Shown here one piece after another: positions 9,814-17,936 of a DNA stretch of 64,000 nt (the first letter of the stretch is position 1; each line of letters opens with the position of its first letter). Both the position numbers and the translations under genes were made by a program. Location: sequence record PV796108.1. One strand, given 5' to 3'. The notes under the pieces were generated by a model. That model saw only the letters and a program-made list of their open reading frames with translations, did no database searches and had not been told where the DNA came from.

Positions 9814-10131
9814 ATGAACTGGATGCATACAGCGGAGCTAAAAGATGTCTTCTTCAAAGGTCAAGAGAGGTTCTGTAGACTACGTGAAATCGAACAACCA
9901 TACGGAATACCTCGAACGGAATTATATGCAGAATTACGGGAACACATTCCAGGAGAGGATAAGATCGACGTCTGGGATATGGTTATAGGATGGTGGTTTC
10001 CATCTCGAACAAGAACTGAGCGCATGAAGCTGGCTTTCTTAACATCTCCAGCCAAACATCGTATTCGAGCACACAACTTCAATATGTATCTATTAAACAA
10101 ATGGGAGGGACGTACTGATGAGCACATTTAA
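9814..10131 (+). CDS. Hypothetical protein, paralog of 10118
   Basis: Start moved from track position 9691 to ATG 9814; shares VW-x-hV-x-x-WWFPS...N-h-NM with the next ORF. Confidence 0.7.
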   Translation: MNWMHTAELKDVFFKGQERFCRLREIEQPYGIPRTELYAELREHIPGEDKIDVWDMVIGWWFPSRTRTERMKLAFLTSPAKHRIRAHNFNMYLLNKWEGRTDEHI

Positions 10132-10381
10132 TATGTTTTTCCGAGGACGTCATTTCTTCTGTGACCAATTAGGCATTGTAGTGCCTGTTATTACAAGAGA
10201 ACAAGTCATGGAGGAAATATCTAGTGAGCACAATCAAGTCTGGACACTTGTTTTTACTTGGTGGTTTCCTTCTATATTAAATCATGCAGATGACAAGCTT
10301 AGATTAATGCAAAGCACTCCACGAGCAGACCTTATCAAAGCCTACAACATCAACATGAAAATCCTCCACAAATATTCTTAA
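10118..10381 (+). CDS. Hypothetical protein, paralog of 9814
   Basis: 87 aa, SD, WWFPS motif. Confidence 0.7.
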   Translation: MSTFNMFFRGRHFFCDQLGIVVPVITREQVMEEISSEHNQVWTLVFTWWFPSILNHADDKLRLMQSTPRADLIKAYNINMKILHKYS

Positions 10382-10425
10382 CTCTTCTTATATAAAGAAC
10401 GGGCGCATTAGGAAAGGAGAATACA

Positions 10426-10518
10426 ATGTTAATTACTCTGGGACAAGTATTTGGCGTTTGGTTTGGTATTTCGGCTCTTCTTTGGACAGTACAACATGTA
10501 TGGGAAAGAGCTAGATGA
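10426..10518 (+). CDS. 30-aa hydrophobic micropeptide
   Basis: AAAGGAG SD; MLITLGQVFGVWFGISALLWTVQHVWERAR; below ORF-track cutoff. Confidence 0.55.
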   Translation: MLITLGQVFGVWFGISALLWTVQHVWERAR

Positions 10519-10613
10519 GTGTATTAGATTGTATTATGGTTTCGTTTTACGTTTTAATTTGTCTAGTTCCTATCTATTGGTTGTTAGAAGATTGGAGACA
10601 GAACAATAAATAG
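10515..10613 (+). CDS. 32-aa hydrophobic micropeptide
   Basis: ATGA overlap with previous ORF; MSVLDCIMVSFYVLICLVPIYWLLEDWRQNNK. Confidence 0.5.
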   Translation: MSVLDCIMVSFYVLICLVPIYWLLEDWRQNNK

Positions 10614-10882
10614 CTCTTGTCTTGTATTAAGAACCGACCTAATAGGACTAAATTGAATATAATTTGTATTTGAGATTCGCCTTTTTGTATAACGAAGGGG
10701 GGTCTCTTTTTTTTGCCCACCCGTACTACTGTCATTGTCCTATATCATGTCCCACTATAAGGAGGGAAGGTTAATTTTTTTCAACCACAAGGTATATTCT
10801 TTAGTGAGGCTTTTGGAATCTTTCCGTGCCCACCCCTATTGGTATGGCGGTCTCATCAAATAGAACAAAAGGAGGAAGCAAA

Positions 10883-11080
10883 ATGAAAAAGCAAATGATC
10901 GAAGCAATCCGTAATGAAGTTCTGAAAAGAGGGTTAACGTATCGAGATTTATCAACATTAATGGGAGGAGTATCATTGTCTCTCATTAGTAGTACATTCA
11001 ATCAAGGTAATCCTACACTAGATACTTTGATTAAGATGTGTGAAGCATTAGACCTAGAGATAGTAGTTAGAAAGAAATAG
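10883..11080 (+). CDS. XRE/Cro-family HTH regulator
   Basis: Start moved to ATG 10883 after AAGGAGG; RGLTYRDLSTLMGGVSLSLISS...GNPTLDTLIKMCEALD. Confidence 0.9.
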   Translation: MKKQMIEAIRNEVLKRGLTYRDLSTLMGGVSLSLISSTFNQGNPTLDTLIKMCEALDLEIVVRKK

Positions 11081-11155
11081 TATAGCTAGGGAGCCTTCTA
11101 TATGAGGGCTTCTTATGGTGTACTATGCACCAATACAGATAATGGAGGAGATAGT

Positions 11156-11344
11156 ATGAACATCTATTCGAAGGATGATATGAAGTCATTAATCCTTGAT
11201 ATGAAGAAGGCTTGTGACACATATCGAGAACTAGCAAAAGAAGCAGAATCACGTAAGGACTATGAGAAGGCATTACAATGGAACACTAGATTGTCAGAAG
11301 TAGAAGCAAGTGTATTGATGTTATTACCATGTATTGAAGATTAA
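11156..11344 (+). CDS. Hypothetical helical protein
   Basis: Start moved to ATG 11156 after GGAGGAG. Confidence 0.65.
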   Translation: MNIYSKDDMKSLILDMKKACDTYRELAKEAESRKDYEKALQWNTRLSEVEASVLMLLPCIED

Positions 11345-11367
11345 TTAAACTATAGGAGGTATTTAAA

Positions 11368-11877
11368 ATGAAATTACAAGACTTATACACTAGACACGTA
11401 GCAAAGCAAACAATCAAGAAACACTTAGGGCTTATGGTTAATGAGCTACAGATGCAAGGCTGTGATATTGAGAAGCGTATTAAGATAGACTTACCACATC
11501 TATTCAACTTGGATGATATGGGTGTAACAACAGCGCAGTCTATTGGCACAGGTGCTAGTATGCAGACTGATATGTCTACTGTGCAGATTACGTTGTATCC
11601 ATTACTAGTTATGTTTGGTAGTACGTTAAACAGTAAACCTATTGTAGGTATTGAGCTACTAAGCCGACGTACTCAGCGAGAGATTCTATTCGGACTAGCA
11701 CATGAGGTTAAGCATTACCACCAGCATTGGACACAGAACTATCATCAGATGTACCAAGCTGATATGGCTATAAACCCTAGACTGTATAAGCAGTATAAGG
11801 ATGTACCATATGAGATGCGTACTGTAGAACAAGATGCTAATAGATGGGCTATGTACTATGTAGCTAAACACTTATAA
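11368..11877 (+). CDS. HExxH zinc metallopeptidase-like protein
   Basis: LAHEVKHYHQ and downstream EQDANRWA. Confidence 0.75.
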   Translation: MKLQDLYTRHVAKQTIKKHLGLMVNELQMQGCDIEKRIKIDLPHLFNLDDMGVTTAQSIGTGASMQTDMSTVQITLYPLLVMFGSTLNSKPIVGIELLSRRTQREILFGLAHEVKHYHQHWTQNYHQMYQADMAINPRLYKQYKDVPYEMRTVEQDANRWAMYYVAKHL

Positions 11878-11889
11878 GGAGGAGTTATA

Positions 11890-12513
11890 ATGGGACTACG
11901 TACATTCATTCAAGATGTTAAAGAGGTTATTGCAGCTAATATAGAGGCACAAGGACTACGCTTAGTTAATAACTATGTAGTAGAGGGTGTTACTATTCAC
12001 CATGATAATGTAGGCATGAAAGCATCAGGCTTACTTATAGCGGCTTGTACGAAAGGGGAGAATGGGCCAATGATTTATGTAGATGATTTATTCTTCGAAC
12101 TATCTAAGAATGCCCAGAAGTTTGTGGTACAACATGAGCTAGGCCATGCACGACTACATCAGAATAAGCGCTTTTTAAAGTTACGTAATACTGTAGAGCT
12201 ATCCACTCGTTGGATACGCTCTTCTTTTTATTTTGTCTCAAAAGCAGAACAAGAGGCAGATATGTATGCAATGGTAAAGGTAGGAGACCAAGAGGCTAAG
12301 GCAGCTCTACGGGAAATCTTCTTTGTATTAACTACTATGAAAGGCATCTACAATCGTGAGGTACTGTTACGGTACTTCATGATTCCTTCTATAGATGAAG
12401 AGTTTAAAAACGGAAGAGTATTAAGCGCCAATGAGCGTTGGAATTATGCAGTAGAACAAGTAAAAGATTTCGAGAAACAAGTAGATAAGGAACGTAAGAG
12501 TCTTCGTAAATAG
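11890..12513 (+). CDS. HExxH zinc metallopeptidase-like protein
   Basis: VQHELGHARL and downstream EQEADMYA. Confidence 0.75.
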   Translation: MGLRTFIQDVKEVIAANIEAQGLRLVNNYVVEGVTIHHDNVGMKASGLLIAACTKGENGPMIYVDDLFFELSKNAQKFVVQHELGHARLHQNKRFLKLRNTVELSTRWIRSSFYFVSKAEQEADMYAMVKVGDQEAKAALREIFFVLTTMKGIYNREVLLRYFMIPSIDEEFKNGRVLSANERWNYAVEQVKDFEKQVDKERKSLRK

Positions 12514-12528
12514 AAGGCTCTTTTTTTT
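12496..12528 (+). terminator. Intrinsic terminator
   Basis: AAGAGTCTTC / GAAGGCTCTT stem plus T-run. Confidence 0.75.
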
Positions 12529-12585
12529 ATACAACAAATCCCAGCTTATACAAAGCACATTAAACAATAATTGGAGGAAATGAAA

Positions 12586-13365
12586 ATGAAATTAGCAGAA
12601 TTAACGGTATTAAAGGAAATGAAGAAGAAACGCAAAGGTTTAGTACGTAAAGGGTTTTATGCATTTAGTCACAATGGAAGAGTTCGTCCTTTCCCAGTTG
12701 CAGGTAACATGGATATTCGTGAGTCATTGGAAATTGAATTTACTCGTATTTGTGAATGGCAAGAACAACAAGATGCAATGAAAGAATTAAACGAGAAAGT
12801 AAATGATGATTATGACATCTCATATGCTGATTTAATCCTGTCTATTACAGAAGAAATCCATAATAAGTTGGATGTGGAGCTGGCGGACATCACTCGTGAG
12901 AACATCTTAGAGGAACAATGTCTGCTCCATGAACCTTCTGGCATGGTTATGCGTGAAGAATTAGAACGTGTATTTAAAAAGTTATTCTATAAAACAAAAC
13001 ATATATCAGATATTCCGTTACACAAAGCAGCTTTAATGGATGAAGTATATAGTGAGTATAGATTCCAATATGGTTTATTCAATCTAAATGTATGTTATGG
13101 ACCACATATCGAGGCTCAATCATATAGAAGACAAGTTTCATTAGATGTAGTACATGGAATGGTAGAGGAAAGCATTGGTGAAATCTTAATGTATCCGTCT
13201 ATGACAGTACGTATTGCATCTCGTCAACGTAACACTGTAATCATCCTCCGTGCTTATGCAAAAGGATCAGGCAATATTGATATCAATTATATAACGACTT
13301 ACCCATATGATGCAGACTCTCAACCAGTAAAAGAATATGAATTATTAATCGAAATGGAGGACTAA
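12586..13365 (+). CDS. Hypothetical protein
   Basis: About 259 aa; start placed 8 nt after GGAGG. Confidence 0.75.
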   Translation: MKLAELTVLKEMKKKRKGLVRKGFYAFSHNGRVRPFPVAGNMDIRESLEIEFTRICEWQEQQDAMKELNEKVNDDYDISYADLILSITEEIHNKLDVELADITRENILEEQCLLHEPSGMVMREELERVFKKLFYKTKHISDIPLHKAALMDEVYSEYRFQYGLFNLNVCYGPHIEAQSYRRQVSLDVVHGMVEESIGEILMYPSMTVRIASRQRNTVIILRAYAKGSGNIDINYITTYPYDADSQPVKEYELLIEMED

Positions 13366-13369
13366 GAAT

Positions 13370-13906
13370 ATGAATATCTTAGCTAAAACAAAATTAAATA
13401 TCCCTACTTATATGTTTCGTAATGAATTAAAGTTTGCAGGTGACTTCTCTACTGCTGATAAGAACTATGTATATGGTGTATATGATTATCTAGGATTACA
13501 AGAGTCATATCAAATCATTAAGTCTGATTGGTTAGATGATAACACTTCAGGCTTATTTGAGGCTGACAAAAACATTGTATATATATCTAATAAGAATCAA
13601 TCCATTGATACAGTAATAGCTCATGAGTTTCGCCATGCATACCAGAAAGAGAATAAGATGGTATCGTGGTTATCTTATGACATCTTTGATGAAGAACAAA
13701 TCCAGTCTTATTGGACTGACTATTTAGAAGTAGATGCATTTAACTTTGAGTTATGGTATTGCTTCGAACAAGATGTCATGGAACTACCAGTATTAATGAC
13801 AGACTATGGTATTGAGAATATGGCTGACAATAAAGAGGAAGTAGAAGAGTTGTTGTGGAAACGATATGATATTATCGGGCCACGTCTAAAGAAATACTAT
13901 ATGTAA
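13370..13906 (+). CDS. HExxH zinc metallopeptidase-like protein
   Basis: IAHEFRHAYQ and downstream LEVDAFNF. Confidence 0.75.
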   Translation: MNILAKTKLNIPTYMFRNELKFAGDFSTADKNYVYGVYDYLGLQESYQIIKSDWLDDNTSGLFEADKNIVYISNKNQSIDTVIAHEFRHAYQKENKMVSWLSYDIFDEEQIQSYWTDYLEVDAFNFELWYCFEQDVMELPVLMTDYGIENMADNKEEVEELLWKRYDIIGPRLKKYYM

Positions 13907-14010
13907 TAACTAGGGGACTAACCATCCCCTCTAAGGCGTAAGGAGGTGAATCGTCTTATTGCTACTCTGTAAATCTATATGCAGAGAATCATACAAGAGG
14001 AGGAAGTTTA

Positions 14011-14304
14011 ATGAAAAAAGGTTTCGCAATCGGTAGAATGAGTAAAGGTGAAATGAAGATTGAGAGTTTGCAGGATGAAACAATCTTATTATTAAGCAAG
14101 AACAACGAGGAGGTACAGCCAGTGATTGAAGAAGAGTATGAAGAACCAGTACAGAAGCTCTCAGATTTAAAAGAAGAGGAGATTGTAGAGATACCTGAGT
14201 TCATTCGTAACCGTCGCAATCTGTATCGTGCAACACCAAGAAGAGAAGAACACACTGAAAGCTTTATGCAGAAGTTATTAAATAGAATAGGTGGTAAGAG
14301 GTAA
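14011..14304 (+). CDS. Hypothetical acidic protein
   Basis: 97 aa, GGAGGA SD. Confidence 0.7.
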   Translation: MKKGFAIGRMSKGEMKIESLQDETILLLSKNNEEVQPVIEEEYEEPVQKLSDLKEEEIVEIPEFIRNRRNLYRATPRREEHTESFMQKLLNRIGGKR

Positions 14305-14439
14305 GTTCTGGAGGTGGGGATTATTCCCTGCCTCTTTTTTAATCCCAAGGAGGTGAATGGGAACCGCACTAGTCTTACAAATATGTCTGTAAGAAAGTCA
14401 TAGCACAATTAAAAACTTATAAAAACAAAGGAGAGATTT

Positions 14440-15345
14440 ATGATGATTAAAGAATTAGTTGGAGTTATCGCATTAGTATTATTAGCAGGTGTAGTTGGGT
14501 ATGCATGGTGTGCATTCTTAAACAGAAGAGAAAGAGAGAATGTAGAACGTGTAGCTGGTCAATTACAAGGGTATCAAGCATTACTAGGTGGAGTAGAGTA
14601 TGAAGATGGTTCATTCGAATCTAAAGTAGAAACAGTTGATGGTCGTGTAACAAATGTATTAGTACGTAACATGCCTTTTGGAAGCTTAGAAGAAGCATTA
14701 GCAGGTGGATACATGGAGCCTAAGACTCGTAGATTCTTAACTTCATTAATTGATGAGCTAGATACTGTAGAAGCATTTAAAGAAGAAAAGATTGAGCAAG
14801 TAGCAGCAACAGCAGAAGTACAAACAAGTGTTGAGAGACATGAACAACGTAAGAACATTGAAGTAATTGATGGCGGCGTTACTCACGGAAAGATTACTGT
14901 GTATCGTCCTTGTATGGTTCGTGTTCCTGGAACAAAGAATTTTGGTATGCGTATTGCTCAAGAAGAAGGAACGAATTATCTATACATCGCTAATTTTTAT
15001 TATCATGCAGAAGATATTGCAGACACAAGAAGATTAGAATATGACATGAGAAACCCAGAACATGGTAAGTCATTCAATCAAACGTTCATGCAAAAACATT
15101 ACAAACACTTTGAGAAAGAGATGCAGGAGGTTATTGCTATCAATACTGACATCGAAAGATTTAATCGCTTAATTGACGAAGAAATGATTGATGCTAGTGA
15201 TATTTATAACATTGTTTTACTTCCACCTAAAGCATCTCTTATGCAAAAAGAAGAGGTAATAGAAGAAAAAGTCGAAGACATTGAACTACCAGCAGAGAAA
15301 AAAGAAGTGTTGGAGTTTGAAGATGCAGACACGATAAAGCACTAA
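14440..15345 (+). CDS. Hypothetical membrane-anchored protein
   Basis: 301 aa, N-terminal TM (LVGVIALVLLAGVVGYAWCAFL). Confidence 0.75.
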   Translation: MMIKELVGVIALVLLAGVVGYAWCAFLNRRERENVERVAGQLQGYQALLGGVEYEDGSFESKVETVDGRVTNVLVRNMPFGSLEEALAGGYMEPKTRRFLTSLIDELDTVEAFKEEKIEQVAATAEVQTSVERHEQRKNIEVIDGGVTHGKITVYRPCMVRVPGTKNFGMRIAQEEGTNYLYIANFYYHAEDIADTRRLEYDMRNPEHGKSFNQTFMQKHYKHFEKEMQEVIAINTDIERFNRLIDEEMIDASDIYNIVLLPPKASLMQKEEVIEEKVEDIELPAEKKEVLEFEDADTIKH

Positions 15346-15408
15346 TATTATCTCACTGAAAGGAGGTGATGAATAGCTTTACCATTATATGAAAGGGGGA
15401 AATCGGAT

Positions 15409-15840
15409 ATGAAAGAATTACTCTGGGTGCTACAAATTCTCTTCTTCTTCTCAAAGAAGCCCAGAGAAGAAAGTCGCACGAGTCGTATATCTAATAAAAA
15501 AGTAAACGATAGATTACGACAGGTCCTACTCACAAGTCGTTGTGCAGACGAGATAAAGTCCGTGGCAGTCTTACGGGGGTTCGACAATACCATGGACATA
15601 GATTCGTTGTCATTAATTGAGAAACGGGCAATTGAACGTGAGAAGTATGCAAGAAACTTACACCAGCTTATGCATCTATTACATCAAGAGAAACAACAGT
15701 GTCGTGATGATGTATCTAGTCTGGTAATAAAAGTACAAGAGGTAGTGGTCGGGGGACTGGCTGCCTTATCACAGAAGATGCAGTATATAAAAACTATTAG
15801 AAAAGGGGTTATGGGAGATGACGAAACAGCACACATTTGA
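15409..15840 (+). CDS. Hypothetical protein
   Basis: 143 aa, GGGGG SD. Confidence 0.55.
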   Translation: MKELLWVLQILFFFSKKPREESRTSRISNKKVNDRLRQVLLTSRCADEIKSVAVLRGFDNTMDIDSLSLIEKRAIEREKYARNLHQLMHLLHQEKQQCRDDVSSLVIKVQEVVVGGLAALSQKMQYIKTIRKGVMGDDETAHI

Positions 15841-16303
15841 ATTCAAATTTAGAGATGGTGGAGCAGTAATCAAGACTTTCAGAACAACACATGAGATGGA
15901 AGTGTCAGTACCAACAATGACTCATGGTTTCAAGGTAGAGTATGTTCCTGTAAAGGTAGAGATAGATGTAATTGGTTTATCTGTTCAATTCGAAAGTCAA
16001 ATCGGACAGATTGGTCAATCATTTACGTTCTCTCCGTTTGCTTGCCGTGATGGTTATGTTGGACGTGCAATGAGATTACTAGATGACGTTAAGAGACAAA
16101 GAGAAGCGTTATTCTTATTGAAACAAATCACTGACGAGAATTACGTCTCAATCCTGCAAGCCGCAGAGAAACTGGCGCAGCGCCAAGTTGGAAAGAACAA
16201 GTCCAAACCTCGTTCAGAACAAATGCATAAAACTGCGTATGAAAAGAGACTGGCTAGAGCTAAACCACAGCCACAGATTAAACTGCCTTGGGACAACATC
16301 TAG
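15818..16303 (+). CDS. Hypothetical protein
   Basis: 161 aa, basic C-terminus. Confidence 0.7.
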   Translation: MTKQHTFEFKFRDGGAVIKTFRTTHEMEVSVPTMTHGFKVEYVPVKVEIDVIGLSVQFESQIGQIGQSFTFSPFACRDGYVGRAMRLLDDVKRQREALFLLKQITDENYVSILQAAEKLAQRQVGKNKSKPRSEQMHKTAYEKRLARAKPQPQIKLPWDNI

Positions 16304-16377
16304 TATAGGGCAAATATACAAATAGGCTTCGAGCCTGGGTGGGTAGGCGGGAATAAAAACGGAAAGGATGTTGTTCC

Positions 16378-16641
16378 ATGTTTAAAAAGTTATGGCAAAA
16401 GATTAAGTCTCTTTTCACACAACAAGAACCAGTTGTAGAAGTTAAATCTGTTCAAGAAGTACCTGTACGTCATAAGAATCCAGATACAGAACGTATGGTT
16501 AAATGGGCAGTATTCTCCTATCACCTTAGAGAGGAAGCTCTTGAAAGAAAGAAACAAGAAGATGACTTCCGTAACAGCGTAGAACAATGGAGGGAAAACA
16601 TTCGCAACACAGATGCAATACGTAGAAGACTTGCACAGTAA
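16378..16641 (+). CDS. Hypothetical protein
   Basis: 87 aa, AAGGA SD, amphipathic N-terminus. Confidence 0.7.
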   Translation: MFKKLWQKIKSLFTQQEPVVEVKSVQEVPVRHKNPDTERMVKWAVFSYHLREEALERKKQEDDFRNSVEQWRENIRNTDAIRRRLAQ

Positions 16642-17110
16642 CTGGCAGTAGCATCCTATAGAACGAGTTAGGATGTGAGGGGCTATCCAGGGAGATAGCT
16701 AGGTTGGGTGGGCCAGCGGAATATATGAAAGGAGTTTATGCTTTATCGTTTTATACCGTCCCTCTTGTAGAGAGACGGGGGACTCTGTTGTTGAAGTGAG
16801 AGACGGGGGTCTTGAAGCATCAACGGGTCTAGAATTATGCCCTATCAACAAGAAAGTAAAATCAGAAAGGAAGTTTATCAACCAATGCACTCTATACACA
16901 GCACACAACTTACTCTTTTTATCTCAATTCCGAAAGGGGTTGGGCAACTATAATCCTGTAAAGGAGGTGATAACAAGCATTTGCACGAACACGATTGCAG
17001 CAGCAGTCGGACTTTAATTAGGGGACGGACTCGTTTCTGGAGTTGATTGACACGCCGATCTCCCAACGTATTGAAAAATAATAAAAAACTAAAACGAAAA
17101 TCAAAGGAGA

Positions 17111-17815
17111 ATGTTTATTATGATGACAATTAATGTATTGAAAGCACGTATGGAAGAAATGAAAGTAGCAGAGAAAGCAAGCAAGGTTGTTGATGCTAGT
17201 GTTAAAGCAGTAAAAGGAGCAATGCCTGTAACAAGTAAGAAGTTTGAAGAAACAAAAGAAGGTTTAATCATCAATGACCTTCATGCAGATTTACGTATCT
17301 CTCGTCTTGAGTCTGCGTTAGTAAATGCAGGACTTATTACAGAGCAAGAAGTAGATGCAGATATGACAGCAGAGGTTATGGAAACTCGTGAACAAATGGC
17401 TCAGTATGAAGCTCAAATGATTGAAGAAAAGAAAGCAAAGGATTTAGAGGAGGCGAAAGCTAAAATGGCTCAACGTATTGAGAAAACAAAGACTCATGTT
17501 CGTAACATTACTGGGTTCTTTATGCCAAACATCACTGTTGTAAAGGAAGAAAAGAAAGAAGAAGTTGTAATGACTGAAAGAGAGCAACAGTTACAAGCTG
17601 AGTTAGAAGCAGCGAATCAACGTGCAGAGGAAATGGCTCAACAGTTAAGTGCTATGGAAGAATCAGTTAAAGAGATTAGTAGTCACTTCAAGCCACAACC
17701 AGTAGTACCAGAACAACCAACTGGAGAGAAGCCAGCAACAAGACGTATGCGAGGTGTATTTGCAGACCCAAGTGAATCACAGTTTGATTACAAAGCTGGT
17801 AGTGAAGAAGCGTAA
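17111..17815 (+). CDS. Hypothetical coiled-coil protein
   Basis: 234 aa, E/K/A/M-rich heptads, AAAGGAG SD. Confidence 0.8.
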   Translation: MFIMMTINVLKARMEEMKVAEKASKVVDASVKAVKGAMPVTSKKFEETKEGLIINDLHADLRISRLESALVNAGLITEQEVDADMTAEVMETREQMAQYEAQMIEEKKAKDLEEAKAKMAQRIEKTKTHVRNITGFFMPNITVVKEEKKEEVVMTEREQQLQAELEAANQRAEEMAQQLSAMEESVKEISSHFKPQPVVPEQPTGEKPATRRMRGVFADPSESQFDYKAGSEEA

Positions 17816-17936
17816 GTTTATATTTGTTAACTAATTTTATTCAGCTTAACAGTGAGGAGAAGAAGGGTGAGACGCCTTCAACAATATAGGTCTAGCTCCT
17901 GACCAATTAAATGAGAGCATATGAAAGGAATTTATC

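Noticed and set aside
16796-17017. 73-aa plus-strand ORF
   Set aside because: No SD; it sits in a GC-rich structured spacer.
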